Source of the DNA: a virus | Length of the DNA stretch: 64,000 nt | Reading direction: 5' to 3' (one strand) | IMG/VR virus record: IMGVR_UViG_3300042988_000341 | Span: 24,578-88,577 of that record | Shown here: positions 10,496 through 21,539 of the stretch, piece by piece | Position numbering within the stretch: the stretch's first letter is position 1 | Layout of the letters: the number at the start of each line of letters is the position of its first letter | Program-made: the position numbers and the translations under genes | The notes under the pieces: generated by a model | Seen by the model: the letters and a program-made list of their open reading frames with translations, nothing else | Databases searched by the model: none | What the model was told of the DNA's origin: nothing

Positions 10496-12430
10496 ATGTC
10501 ATATACATTAAATTACGGAAAAGACGGCAACACCTCGCTAACGGTACCTGATGGACAATCAGGAACAGTTGCTAACTTAACATTCCCTGGTAGAAACTTT
10601 AGTGGCTATGGCAGCCCAGTAGATCAAAACTTCTTGTCTATTGTTGAAAACTTTACTAGTGCTAACGTACAGGGACCTCAAAACCCAATCACTGGTCAAT
10701 TATGGTATGATGTGGCTAATACTGAATCTACCAATCAAGGCTTAAAAGTATTTGATGATACTGGCAGCAGCGCTAATCTTATCCCGCATACTGATTGGAC
10801 TAATCTCGTAACTTTTGATAAACCAGCAAACGTATATGCCAATGGCATGCCTTATGACATTAACCCAAAGGATATCTCTGGCGTAGGCACGTTGAGTGCT
10901 ACTACTGGTAACTTTACTGCGTTGAAGGCTAATACTGGTAATTTTACCACGAATGTCACATCCCCTTTGGGAAATTTCACATCAATGTTCGCAGGGAATA
11001 GCACCAGTAACGTAGTAATTAGCAATGCTGGGGTTACCATTAACGGAGGCACGTTATCATTACCCACCGCAACAATTACTGGCAATTTAACTACAGGTAA
11101 TCTCTATGGAGGGAATCTAGTAGAAGCGAACTTTGGACAATTCAATAATGATGTATTAATTAAGGGCAATATTGTAGTTCAGGGAACTACCACCACTGCG
11201 TCATCTAATAGCTTTACTGTAGTAAACCCAATTATTAGTTTAGGAGGCGCCAATGGAGCAAACCTCACCGCCAATGATGGCAAAGATCGCGGCCTACACT
11301 TAGTATATTATAACAGCACACAAAAAGACGCATTCATTGGATATAAAAATCCTAACGCAGCAGCACAAGGAAATGGCGCGAACTTTGCAGGCGAATTCAT
11401 AATCGCAAGCAGTGCTGATTTTGCTACTACCACTGATGTTGCTGGTATTACCACATTAGGCAATCTAAGAGCAGGTAACGCAAATTTCTCCGGCGGCACG
11501 GTCACTGCGACAACGTTCAGCGGTAATCTCGCCAATGGGACCAGTAAAGTAAGTATCCCAGCACTTGACGGTAACGTTAATATTAGCTCGGGCGCTAACG
11601 CGAATGTGTTGGTAGTTGCTCCTACCTACGTAACAATCACAGGAAGCGCCGCTACAACAAACAGCACTGGCGCCCTACGAGTTGCTGGCGGCGTAGGTAT
11701 CACCGGTAACTTATATGTCGGTGGAAGCATCGTCGGTAGCATCGGTAGCACCTCAAGTAATATTGCTGGCAACCAAGCCAACGTCAACAAAATCATCGCT
11801 TCTACTGGCGATATTACCTCTCTAGCCACAGGCACTGTCACTACTACCAGTACAGCAACTCTTAACCAACTTCTAGTTAATACTAGTGCTCAAGTTGGTA
11901 GCTTCGTATCAAATACAAGCGTGGAGACTGCTACTCTGAAAGTTACCAGTGGAGCAAACATCGTTGGCACACTAACGGCCACTACAATCTCGGCAGGAGC
12001 AGCAAATACTACAGCCGGCACTATCAACGGAGCGTGGTCACTCACCGCAGGTTCAACCTTAGAAGCCACCTACTCAGCCGACTTAGCTGAGCGTCATCAC
12101 GCTGACGATATCTATCCTACAGGCTCTGTAATGACCGTAGGAGGAATCAATGAAATCACCGGTGCTTCTACCACATCTAAAGTGCTAGGCGTAGTTAGTG
12201 ATGACTGGGCATACTTAATGAACGGTGGTGCGGGCCCACAAGAGACCCACCCAGCTGTTGCTTATGTGGGTAGAGTTCCTGTTCGTATTGTTGGTCCAGT
12301 AAATAAACATGACGAAGTAAGTCCATTCGCTAATGGCGTAGCCACTTCTAGTAAGGAAAACTCTTTTGGATGGGCACTAGAAACTAATCTAGATATCGGT
12401 GAAAAACTAGTACTGTGTATCGTCAAGTAA
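10496..12430 (+). CDS. Tail fibre/spike paralog with C-terminal ADLAE domain
   Basis: 'GRNFSGYG...QNFLSIVENF...GQLWYD' N-terminus and 'YSADLAERH...GRVPVRIVG' C-terminus, shared with 8533. Confidence 0.7.
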   Translation: MSYTLNYGKDGNTSLTVPDGQSGTVANLTFPGRNFSGYGSPVDQNFLSIVENFTSANVQGPQNPITGQLWYDVANTESTNQGLKVFDDTGSSANLIPHTDWTNLVTFDKPANVYANGMPYDINPKDISGVGTLSATTGNFTALKANTGNFTTNVTSPLGNFTSMFAGNSTSNVVISNAGVTINGGTLSLPTATITGNLTTGNLYGGNLVEANFGQFNNDVLIKGNIVVQGTTTTASSNSFTVVNPIISLGGANGANLTANDGKDRGLHLVYYNSTQKDAFIGYKNPNAAAQGNGANFAGEFIIASSADFATTTDVAGITTLGNLRAGNANFSGGTVTATTFSGNLANGTSKVSIPALDGNVNISSGANANVLVVAPTYVTITGSAATTNSTGALRVAGGVGITGNLYVGGSIVGSIGSTSSNIAGNQANVNKIIASTGDITSLATGTVTTTSTATLNQLLVNTSAQVGSFVSNTSVETATLKVTSGANIVGTLTATTISAGAANTTAGTINGAWSLTAGSTLEATYSADLAERHHADDIYPTGSVMTVGGINEITGASTTSKVLGVVSDDWAYLMNGGAGPQETHPAVAYVGRVPVRIVGPVNKHDEVSPFANGVATSSKENSFGWALETNLDIGEKLVLCIVK

Positions 12431-12439
12431 GGATCAACA

Positions 12440-13387
12440 ATGACATATTCAGTAGGCGGACTAGTACAAGCAGCAGATATCAACGGCTTTATCACTGATA
12501 ACGCCGACACTATCAACGAGATATGGGGCACCGGCACCGATGATTCTGGTTATGGCCAGACCGCAGTTACTGCTGGAATTAACGTAGGCGATACTATTAA
12601 CCACACGCCATGGGATACTCTAGTTACAAGATTAGCATCGGCAGCCGCCCATCAAGGCACAACTGCTACTGCTAGAGTGGCCCCAGCCACTGGCGACACT
12701 GTGGCTATTCTGGCAGCTCTAGGAGCAGATATTACTACTGTTATTACTAATCGTCGTAACGCAGCAACTCAGGGCAGTACTACTACAACTACTAGTACCA
12801 CGACCAGCACTTGGTCTAACAGTCTTACATTTAACATATCAGTGGCACTGGGTTCAAACAACCAAGCAAGATACTTCTTTAATTGTGGAGGTCAAATTGG
12901 TATCTCCCTATCCCATACCGGCAATCACAGCGGTAACGGAGCTGACATTGACTCTCTAATAAGAGATATTTGCTCTGACTTAGGAACTATTTGGCTAAGT
13001 AGTGGAACATGTACTCTAGCTGGTACTGCCTACACTGGCACTACAAAAGTCGGCGGTTCGAACGCAGGCGGCGCAACAATCGGAACTGGCACTGGGTTCT
13101 ATCAATTGTCGTCTACCGCAGCACAGATAGCTAGACAAACTAGTGATACTACTATTATGGGGTGGCAAAATAACGCGAACTACTCTGCGGGTTCGTTTGT
13201 GACAATTACTGCTAGTTATAATAGTGCTGGCACATTAACATTTGTTGTTACTATTGATGAAGTTCCTAACGGAGCTGTAGTTCAAACTGGCACGACCGCT
13301 ACTCTTACTGTTCGTCCGCCAGAAACCACTAACTTAACTGCTAGTTGGGCAGTGGGTACCGTATCTGTTACTAATACTCCAGCGTAA
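12440..13387 (+). CDS. Virion tail-tip-like protein, paralog 1
   Basis: Shares 'G.GDSGYGQ', 'AAHQG' and 'ARYFFN.GGQ' with the next two genes. Confidence 0.6.
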   Translation: MTYSVGGLVQAADINGFITDNADTINEIWGTGTDDSGYGQTAVTAGINVGDTINHTPWDTLVTRLASAAAHQGTTATARVAPATGDTVAILAALGADITTVITNRRNAATQGSTTTTTSTTTSTWSNSLTFNISVALGSNNQARYFFNCGGQIGISLSHTGNHSGNGADIDSLIRDICSDLGTIWLSSGTCTLAGTAYTGTTKVGGSNAGGATIGTGTGFYQLSSTAAQIARQTSDTTIMGWQNNANYSAGSFVTITASYNSAGTLTFVVTIDEVPNGAVVQTGTTATLTVRPPETTNLTASWAVGTVSVTNTPA

Positions 13388-13412
13388 CAGTATAACATTG
13401 TAGTATAGAATA

Positions 13413-14390
13413 ATGTCATACCGTAACACAGGCAAAATTCAATCAAGCGATATTAATGGCTTTTTGAATAACAATACACCAAACCTTAACCGACTATTAG
13501 GAGTGGGTACAGGTGACAGTGGTTACGGTCAACCTGAAATTCCTGGTGTTAGAACAGGAGAAAAAATCTCCAATGTCACCTGGAAAAAGTTAATAGACGG
13601 AATCACTAAGGTAGCCGCCCATCAGGGTACCAGTGTCGCTAGTATGGTTAATACCGCAATACCGGTGGAACCAGCAGATGATACCAAGATTAGAATTATC
13701 GCAAACTCAGTAGATACTATTATCGCTACTAATCTAGTTGCGATTAACACTAATCGACGAAATGCCGCTAGTCAAACTACCCTACCTCCAACAACTAAGA
13801 CCATAAATGGAACATGGGCAGGCGGCACTGAATCAGTATCATTTACTATTAGTTTTGATGGAGCTAACGTTACGGAAAAGCATAACAGAGCTAGATACTT
13901 CTTTAATTGCGGAGGTCAACTAGGTGTATATGCCAGACATGACGCAGGTACCGGATATACAATTAATAAGCTCATCAGCGAGATTTGTAGCAATATGGGA
14001 ACTATTTGGCTAAGTAGCCCTACAGGAACAAATACCGTAAAACTATCAAACGCAGTATATACTGGAGTTCACAAAGCTGGCGGCAGCTTTGGCGGGGGTA
14101 GCGATACTGCCACTGGTTATGGATTCCATAGTCCATGGGTAAACTCAGACACCACAGTACACACTCAGCTAGGTTCATCGGCCTACGGTGGTGGTAATAA
14201 TACACAATACAGTAGTACTTCTAATGGTAAAGTTAAGGTTCGCTACAATGGTGCGGGAAGCATCACTGTTACTGTTTCGCTTCAAACCGGCTCAACTATC
14301 GCGGTATCAAAAGGTACAGCAATCACTTTGCTGGTTAAAACAGGCAACTCTAATTTAACTGAAAGTTGGGGCGTGATAACTATTAGTTAG
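13413..14390 (+). CDS. Virion tail-tip-like protein, paralog 2
   Basis: Same conserved motifs as 12440 and 14402. Confidence 0.6.
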   Translation: MSYRNTGKIQSSDINGFLNNNTPNLNRLLGVGTGDSGYGQPEIPGVRTGEKISNVTWKKLIDGITKVAAHQGTSVASMVNTAIPVEPADDTKIRIIANSVDTIIATNLVAINTNRRNAASQTTLPPTTKTINGTWAGGTESVSFTISFDGANVTEKHNRARYFFNCGGQLGVYARHDAGTGYTINKLISEICSNMGTIWLSSPTGTNTVKLSNAVYTGVHKAGGSFGGGSDTATGYGFHSPWVNSDTTVHTQLGSSAYGGGNNTQYSSTSNGKVKVRYNGAGSITVTVSLQTGSTIAVSKGTAITLLVKTGNSNLTESWGVITIS

Positions 14391-14401
14391 AGAATACATA
14401 T

Positions 14402-15403
14402 ATGACATATCAATCAGGCTCGTTAGGTAAAATACAAAAAGGAGATATTAATGGTTTCCTGAATACTAACACGCCCAACTTTAATGGATTATGGAGTACT
14501 GGTAGTGGAGATAGTGGCTATGGCCAGACAGCTATTTCTGCTGTAGCTACTGGTGACAAGATTAAGACCACTACTTGGAAGAACTTAATCGATTACATCA
14601 CTAAGATGGCTAATCATCAGGGTAGTACTATTACTAGTATGAGTAACACCTTAGCTCCTACTGTTCCAGCTACTGGAAAAACTATTCGTATCATCGCTGA
14701 TAATATCAACACGGTGATCACTAACAATTTAACAACGTTAACTACCAACAGATTAAACTCCGCCGTACTTAATCGCAGTACTAACTCCACAACTAAAACG
14801 CATGGTAGCACTTGGAGTAATTCATTAACTGCTACATTTACTATTACGTTTCCAAGTCATGATGCGGCAAGATATTATTTCAATGCCGGCGGGCAGATTG
14901 GCATTCAAGGCAGTCATCCTTATGTTGCTGGCTATAATATTAACGGCCTAATTAGTGAAATTTGTAATGATATTGGTACGATATGGATGTCTAGTCCTAC
15001 CAGCGGCACAGTTAGTATAGAAGGCAGTAACTGGCATGGCATCGAACAAAAATCCAGCACTGGAGCAGGCAGCTCGGTAAATATTAGTACTAACCATGGC
15101 TTCTATGCCTGGACCAACACTAGTACCCCGGTCATCACACAAAAGGGCTCCACTAGTTTTGTAGGTTCATGGACTGGTACAAACTACACATCAGGAACAT
15201 ATGGACAAGTATCAGTCAAGTATGATGGTGCTGGCGTAGTTACAGTGACCTATCTACTAGACGAAGTGCCAGATGGTAGCGCCGCAGCTGCCAATACCTC
15301 GGTTACATTAATCCTTAAACAGCCAACTACCACCTATCTTACTAATAGTTGGGGTGTTATCGGCTCAACACTAACAGTATCTGGCTCAATCGCCGCCACA
15401 TAA
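14402..15403 (+). CDS. Virion tail-tip-like protein, paralog 3
   Basis: Same conserved motifs, closest to 13413. Confidence 0.6.
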   Translation: MTYQSGSLGKIQKGDINGFLNTNTPNFNGLWSTGSGDSGYGQTAISAVATGDKIKTTTWKNLIDYITKMANHQGSTITSMSNTLAPTVPATGKTIRIIADNINTVITNNLTTLTTNRLNSAVLNRSTNSTTKTHGSTWSNSLTATFTITFPSHDAARYYFNAGGQIGIQGSHPYVAGYNINGLISEICNDIGTIWMSSPTSGTVSIEGSNWHGIEQKSSTGAGSSVNISTNHGFYAWTNTSTPVITQKGSTSFVGSWTGTNYTSGTYGQVSVKYDGAGVVTVTYLLDEVPDGSAAAANTSVTLILKQPTTTYLTNSWGVIGSTLTVSGSIAAT

Positions 15404-15427
15404 AATTCTACTACTACAGTACAGCTT

Positions 15428-15434
15428 CTAAATA
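15428..15434 (+). promoter_or_regulatory. T4-like late promoter (CTAAATA) heading the modification operon
   Basis: TAAATA core upstream of an AGGAG SD and the ATG at 15450. Confidence 0.55.
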
Positions 15435-15449
15435 TCATAGGAGCAAATA

Positions 15450-15761
15450 ATGTCAACAAAAGTATTAGTAGATAACATCAAGCATAGATTTAATCATAAT
15501 GAATCAAAGCTATACCTCAAAGAAAAATATACCAATAAACTAACTATAGCTCATAGTGGCGGTATGTTTGCAATTACACCACAGTTAATCTCATTTCTCC
15601 GTGAGCCTACCAATGATACTAACTATGAAATCTTAATAGATATCTATGGTAATCCAGTGGAGGTAGATCGCCAGGAGTTATTAACATTGGCAGCACAGAC
15701 CTACAGTGAGGTCATGTCCGAGTGGCACACTGAATATACTGAACTACAGGCAAAGAGATAA
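15450..15761 (+). CDS. Hypothetical protein
   Basis: AGGAG SD; stop overlaps the next start. Confidence 0.7.
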   Translation: MSTKVLVDNIKHRFNHNESKLYLKEKYTNKLTIAHSGGMFAITPQLISFLREPTNDTNYEILIDIYGNPVEVDRQELLTLAAQTYSEVMSEWHTEYTELQAKR

Positions 15762-16567
15762 TGTCAGGATTAACCAGAGGTGTAGTAATCATAGCGCATA
15801 ACACTATGAAGGACGACTACTATCGTATGGCAGTCGCAGTCGCCCAACGTGTCCAGCGCTTCCTCAATCTACCCACAACTATTATCACAGACGAGACTAC
15901 TCTGGCGTCACATGGCGCTGGGGATTACAAGTTCGACCATACCATTGTGGTCGAACCCGATCGTAATAATCACCTTAAGAACGCAGTGTGGATCAATAAG
16001 AACAGATATCGAGTATATGACCTTACACCGTATGACGATACTTTAGTACTAGATACTGATTATATGATTAATAGCAGCAGACTCCTCCAAATTTTTGAAC
16101 AACCCAGTGACTTCTGCTGTTATCGTACCGCTAGATATATTGGCACAGGCAATGCTACCAATGAAATGATTGGTAAAAACTCCCACTCTACATACTGGGC
16201 AACAGTGATGCGATTTACCAGGACAGAACGCACTAGAGACCTATTCGAAATGATTAAGTTGATACAGGAGAATTATGTATATTATGCTGAATTACATGGA
16301 TTCCTACCGTATACCTATCGCAATGATCATGCCCTAACAATCGCCCTCCACACGGTAAATGGACACATGGAGATAGCCACCGACTTTATTATTGGCGAGC
16401 TCCAACATATCGGCTCAGATGGTCTGGTAGAGCGAGTTGATGATACTACGTATAATATCAAGTGCGATATTAGTATTAGAGGCAGACTAAAGAAGTCAGT
16501 AATCACTGTTAAGGATCAAGATTTTCACATGCTGAATAAGGACAACTATATGAGTTTAATCGTATGA
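15761..16567 (+). CDS. GT-A fold glycosyltransferase-like protein
   Basis: DxD motif 'LVLDTDY', 'YDLTPYDDT', late 'RNDHAL' and C-terminal H. Confidence 0.65.
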   Translation: MSGLTRGVVIIAHNTMKDDYYRMAVAVAQRVQRFLNLPTTIITDETTLASHGAGDYKFDHTIVVEPDRNNHLKNAVWINKNRYRVYDLTPYDDTLVLDTDYMINSSRLLQIFEQPSDFCCYRTARYIGTGNATNEMIGKNSHSTYWATVMRFTRTERTRDLFEMIKLIQENYVYYAELHGFLPYTYRNDHALTIALHTVNGHMEIATDFIIGELQHIGSDGLVERVDDTTYNIKCDISIRGRLKKSVITVKDQDFHMLNKDNYMSLIV

Positions 16568-17367
16568 GCATCAAAGATACCCAAGGATACGTAATAATGG
16601 CAGTTAATACTACGCAAGTAGATTATGTCCATCTAGCCACAGTTCTCCGTGATAGTATTCACCGAGTTATGCCAGCTGCCCTAGTATCTATTATTACCAA
16701 TGTGGATATAGTAGATGATGGGTGGGACAAGATCATACCCATCGTGGATATGGATACGACTGATTGGAAATTAGCCAATGATTGGCAAGTATATGAATTA
16801 TCTCCATACACTAGAACTATAAAACTAGAAGCTGATATGTATATTCCTAGAGATATTACATACTGGTGGGATATTCTTAAAGATAGAGACCTCAATATTT
16901 GTACTACTATTAGAGATTACCGTGGAGTTATATCTAATGATAGGTCATATAGACGAACATTCGTGGACTCTGGTATACCTCAAACATATAACGCTATCAC
17001 CTATTTTAAGAAGTCCCAATTGGCCAGTGAATTCTACGCAGCAGTCAAGAACATTTTTGAGAACTGGAGCGATTATCTACCACTGCTGAAATTCAGTACG
17101 GAAGTACGTGCCACTACCGATGTGGTATATGCTCTAGCATCTATGGTGGTCGGTGAGGAGAATACAACACTACCGTCATTCAAAGAATTCTCCATGGTTC
17201 ATATGAAACGTGCTATTAACAACTTAGAAACAGAAGTATGGCATGATGAGCTAGTATATGAGGTATATCCAGATACTATGAGAATAAACACGTATCCTCA
17301 GTTATACCCCGTACATTATCATAACAAAGACTTTGCGTACAAGATTGTAGAGGAACTCAATGATTGA
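16564..17367 (+). CDS. Glycosyltransferase-like protein, paralog of 15761
   Basis: 'YELSPYTRTIKLEADM' aligns with 'YDLTPYDDTLVLDTDY'; C-terminal 'HYHNK'. Confidence 0.6.
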   Translation: MSIKDTQGYVIMAVNTTQVDYVHLATVLRDSIHRVMPAALVSIITNVDIVDDGWDKIIPIVDMDTTDWKLANDWQVYELSPYTRTIKLEADMYIPRDITYWWDILKDRDLNICTTIRDYRGVISNDRSYRRTFVDSGIPQTYNAITYFKKSQLASEFYAAVKNIFENWSDYLPLLKFSTEVRATTDVVYALASMVVGEENTTLPSFKEFSMVHMKRAINNLETEVWHDELVYEVYPDTMRINTYPQLYPVHYHNKDFAYKIVEELND

Positions 17368-17752
17368 TCTTAATAACTTAACGCCAGAACAACAGTTAGA
17401 GCTAGCCCAAGCATTACAGGTAGCTTTATCTACAATTCAGCCACTACCTCAACCAGAATACAGAGTATATTACAGCAGTGATGGTAAGGTGATCACCTAT
17501 ACCACCGAAGATTTACCCGGTGACTATTTAGTAATTACTCTTGAAGATTACCAGCAAGCTAGGCATGATGCCGTAATCATAGGTGGTAAATTAATATATA
17601 CGCATGTTCGCCGGCATGTAACTAAGTTAGTCAAAACTAAAAATAATACTCAAGGGTTTGCTGCTAGTAAATATGACATTAGTGTAGTCGCACAAGGTAG
17701 CTACCCAGATGTCAATCATTACCAAGTACAAGCCAATGAAATTAAACGATAA
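17360..17752 (+). CDS. Hypothetical protein
   Basis: Overlaps both neighbours in the operon. Confidence 0.6.
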   Translation: MIDLNNLTPEQQLELAQALQVALSTIQPLPQPEYRVYYSSDGKVITYTTEDLPGDYLVITLEDYQQARHDAVIIGGKLIYTHVRRHVTKLVKTKNNTQGFAASKYDISVVAQGSYPDVNHYQVQANEIKR

Positions 17753-18674
17753 GACCCAGGAAGAAGTATTAGAAGTTATAGAGATAGATGAACTTGACAT
17801 AGTATACCTATCATATGATGAACCACAGAAAGAAGACTTCTGGATCAAACTAAAGAACATGGCTCCATGGGCTACTAGAGTAGATGGAGTTCGAGGTAGT
17901 GATGCTGCTCATAAGGCAGCTGCCGCCGCGTCCAATACTGAACGATTCATTCTAGTGGATGGTGACAATATGTTAGAAGAGCACTTCCTGGACGAGTGCC
18001 TAACTATCACCGCTAGTAATCGGGATGCTCAATTCCGTTGGCGGGCCAAGAACTGTATCAATGGCCTCCACTATGGCAATGGTGGCGTATCATGTTGGAC
18101 CAGATCCTATATCAACAATATGCGTACTCACGAGGCCAGTGATCCCACTAATACTCGAACTAACATTGAGTTCTGCCTGGATCCTAATTATTGGCCTATG
18201 CATAACTGCTACTCTACCACCTACCCTAACTATACTCCTCAACAGGCATGGAGAGCAGGATTCCGTGAAGGTGTAAAGATGTGTAATCGCGATGGTCCAA
18301 TGCCTGCTAGCGCCAGCACCTTCCTCCAACATGTATGGCCAGGCAATCTCCAGAATCTCCACATATGGCAAACCATCGGGCGTGACGTAGAGAATGGTCA
18401 GTGGGCTATACTAGGAGCTAGACTAGGCACACACTATCTAATGTTACGTGACTGGGACTATAGAGAAGTACAGGACTTTAGCTGCTTAGACCGACTATGG
18501 GAGCTACATAAGAATGATGATGAGCACGTAGCTCACGAGTTGATGCTAGACTTAAACAGGGCACTAGGCACTACGATAGTGGAGCTAGACGCAAGTGCCT
18601 CTAAATTCTTTAAAGATTACGTTAGTGTAAAATGGCGCAATACTGATATTATGAACAGAGAAACATATGAATGA
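17736..18674 (+). CDS. GT-A fold glycosyltransferase-like protein
   Basis: 'IVYLSYDEP', DxD 'LVDGDN', 'AWRAGFREGVKM'. Start probably 17736 rather than 17709. Confidence 0.6.
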   Translation: MKLNDKTQEEVLEVIEIDELDIVYLSYDEPQKEDFWIKLKNMAPWATRVDGVRGSDAAHKAAAAASNTERFILVDGDNMLEEHFLDECLTITASNRDAQFRWRAKNCINGLHYGNGGVSCWTRSYINNMRTHEASDPTNTRTNIEFCLDPNYWPMHNCYSTTYPNYTPQQAWRAGFREGVKMCNRDGPMPASASTFLQHVWPGNLQNLHIWQTIGRDVENGQWAILGARLGTHYLMLRDWDYREVQDFSCLDRLWELHKNDDEHVAHELMLDLNRALGTTIVELDASASKFFKDYVSVKWRNTDIMNRETYE

Positions 18675-20241
18675 ACAACGAATAAATGTTAGTGATATTC
18701 ACTGGTTCAGAACAGGAAACAAGTCTGATCATGGCCGAAATGTTGAGTCAATTAAGCAATTACTTGGTCAAGTTGGTCCAGGGTTCTGCTTAGCTAAGTT
18801 CAGCCAGGTCACTATGCATCTAGGTCAAGGTACAGTTCATAGTTGTCACCACCCTAGAGTTCATCATATACCACTAGAGGAACTCAAAGAATCCCCAGCA
18901 GCCCTGTTTAATAGCAGGTACCTACAGGGATTAAGAACTGAGATGAAGGCAGGTGAACGTCCATCGGAGTGTGGATACTGCTGGAGAATTGAAGATGGTC
19001 AGGGTACTGGCACTAGTGATAGGTTCCTCAAAAGTATGACTGAATGGTCAGTACCACACTATGATATTGCTATTAATAGCACTGATACTACTATACACTA
19101 TCCGTCCTATCTAGAGGTTGACTTTAGTAATGTCTGTAACTTTGAATGTATCTACTGTGGTCCAGAGTTCAGTAGTAAGTGGGTAGAGAACATCAATCGT
19201 CATGGTCCAGTTATTATGCTTAGAAATACTGATGGCTTGACTGGACAACAGGGATACAAGTCAGACTATGCTACTATGCACTACAAGAACAAGGATCATA
19301 ACCCACATCTAGAGGCGTTCTGGCAATGGTGGCCAGAGATGGTCGGTCATCTCAGAGTATTCCGCATTACTGGTGGTGAGCCATTAATGAGTCGAGAAAC
19401 ATTTAAGATGATGGATTACTTTGCTGAGAACCCGCACCCAGATATAGAACTAAACATCAATAGTAATCTAGGCGTACCACAGAAACTATGGGATGAATTC
19501 ATCTCTAAGGTGGAGAAGCTAGATAGGAACAATCTAACGGTATATACCTCAGTGGACGCATGGGGCGCTAGAGCTGAATACATTCGAACTGGCTTAGACT
19601 TCCAGTTATTCCAACAACGATATATCCAGCTATGTGAATTGGGTATTAAAGTTAATACTATGTGTACATTTAACATTCTAAGTGTTACTAGTATCTTAGA
19701 TTACCTTAAGTGGATAATTGAGATGAAGCGTAGATTCAACTATAATGCGTACTATGCTGACTTAGAGCAGAAATTTGGCTTTAAGTGGTCAACTCAGGCT
19801 ACAGTTAATAAACCAATTAAGGTAGGTATAGACATGCCGTATCTACGTCACCCACTACACTTAGACGTACTGGCCACAATCAACCAACAGTTAATTCAAG
19901 ATTATTTAATCCCAGCATTCAAATTTGTACAGGAGAATCAGAGTACCACGATTGTTACTGAGGATGGCACTGAACTAAGCTCCTGTACGGGGTTCGAAGC
20001 ACATGAGGTAGCAATGTTTACTAGAATCGTTACTGACATCTTAGATAGATGGAGAACCAGAGATGGTGAACGTGTTAGACACGAACGAGCCAAGCTATTT
20101 GACTTCCTAACTGAGATCGACGAGCGCCAGGGCTCTAGCTTTAGAGATACATTCCCTGAGATGGAATCTCTATGGCAACGTTGCGAACTAGATATCGATA
20201 GTTATTATAACCCTGGTCCTCTAACACTAACTAATATATGA
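18667..20241 (+). CDS. Radical SAM protein with N-terminal Twitch/SPASM-like Cys cluster
   Basis: CNFECIYC motif and TGGEP; N-terminal C..SCHH..CGYC. Confidence 0.85.
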   Translation: MNEQRINVSDIHWFRTGNKSDHGRNVESIKQLLGQVGPGFCLAKFSQVTMHLGQGTVHSCHHPRVHHIPLEELKESPAALFNSRYLQGLRTEMKAGERPSECGYCWRIEDGQGTGTSDRFLKSMTEWSVPHYDIAINSTDTTIHYPSYLEVDFSNVCNFECIYCGPEFSSKWVENINRHGPVIMLRNTDGLTGQQGYKSDYATMHYKNKDHNPHLEAFWQWWPEMVGHLRVFRITGGEPLMSRETFKMMDYFAENPHPDIELNINSNLGVPQKLWDEFISKVEKLDRNNLTVYTSVDAWGARAEYIRTGLDFQLFQQRYIQLCELGIKVNTMCTFNILSVTSILDYLKWIIEMKRRFNYNAYYADLEQKFGFKWSTQATVNKPIKVGIDMPYLRHPLHLDVLATINQQLIQDYLIPAFKFVQENQSTTIVTEDGTELSSCTGFEAHEVAMFTRIVTDILDRWRTRDGERVRHERAKLFDFLTEIDERQGSSFRDTFPEMESLWQRCELDIDSYYNPGPLTLTNI

Positions 20242-21539
20242 ATAATAATATGAATAATAATAAAACAATATGCGCGGTACCCTTTGTTAGTACCATGATT
20301 AACACTGATACTACAGTTAGATACTGCTGTATGGTAGCTAAATGGACTAATAGCAGAGTCACCAAAGATGATGGCTCATCATATACATGTAGAGATAACT
20401 TTACTACTGATTCCTGGAATAGTCAGTATATGCGAAACTTACGAGTGTCTATGTTACGAGGTGAAACTATTACTGGCTGCGACACTTGTTACAAACAAGA
20501 GGAAGACGGCAGAACTAGTAATAGACAGCACAGTATCATGGAGTGGAATTGGCGCATAGGCGAGGACCAACTGCGCGACATCTTTAAACATGCTGAGGCC
20601 AACGATGGCCATCTCGATATGCCGCCGGTATACCTGGACCTACGACTAGGTAATCTGTGTAATCTTAAATGTCGTATGTGTAACCCGTGGAATAGTAGTC
20701 AAATTGTCAGAGAGCACAAGGACAGCTTGGTTAATAACCCCGAATACATTCGAGTATGGGAGAAGACTTTTGGTAAATTCCCAGAGAAGGTTATGGATGA
20801 ACAAGTATGGTTCGATGGTGATGTTCTATGGGATCAAGTAATATCATTAATCCCTGTACTAAAGAAAGTATACATGACTGGAGGCGAGCCTACCTTAATC
20901 AAAAACAACTTTAAGTTCATGGAAGAATGTATCAAACAAGGTAGAACAGACATTGCCCTGTTCTTTAACACTAACTGCACTAATATCAACAGACAGTTCT
21001 TAGGACTAATTAGTCAGTTCGATGAAGTAAGTATCAACGCTAGTATGGATGGTATCGGTATAGTTAACGATTATATCCGCGCCCCTAGTAAGTGGGAACA
21101 AATCAGCACTAACATCGAGCGATTGGCTGAACTACCAAACGTTAAACTGGGAGTTACTCCTACGATACAGGTGTATAATGTCTATAATATAGTGGCCATG
21201 ATCAAATGGGTAGAGCATATTCGAACTAAGTACGAACGAGATATCTTTATTGACTTCCTCATCAACCAGCATCCACTACACCTGAACACCAATATATTGC
21301 CTCAACACATTAAAGATGAGGTTATCGCGGAGGTGGTAGATTTCAAAGATAATCATATGGCTAATCATCATCCAATGACTATCAACAGTTTGACTGGACT
21401 AATAGGACATTTAAAAACGCCCACTCCTCCTAATCATCAAGAGCAACTAGAGCGCTTCAAGGTATATACCAGGGCACTGGATACAGAACGTGGTCAATCA
21501 TTGATTGATGTAGACGCAAGATTAACAGGATTATTATGA
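20238..21539 (+). CDS. Radical SAM protein with N-terminal Twitch/SPASM-like Cys cluster
   Basis: CNLKCRMC and TGGEP; N-terminal CAVPF..YCC..CDTC. Confidence 0.85.
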   Translation: MNNNMNNNKTICAVPFVSTMINTDTTVRYCCMVAKWTNSRVTKDDGSSYTCRDNFTTDSWNSQYMRNLRVSMLRGETITGCDTCYKQEEDGRTSNRQHSIMEWNWRIGEDQLRDIFKHAEANDGHLDMPPVYLDLRLGNLCNLKCRMCNPWNSSQIVREHKDSLVNNPEYIRVWEKTFGKFPEKVMDEQVWFDGDVLWDQVISLIPVLKKVYMTGGEPTLIKNNFKFMEECIKQGRTDIALFFNTNCTNINRQFLGLISQFDEVSINASMDGIGIVNDYIRAPSKWEQISTNIERLAELPNVKLGVTPTIQVYNVYNIVAMIKWVEHIRTKYERDIFIDFLINQHPLHLNTNILPQHIKDEVIAEVVDFKDNHMANHHPMTINSLTGLIGHLKTPTPPNHQEQLERFKVYTRALDTERGQSLIDVDARLTGLL

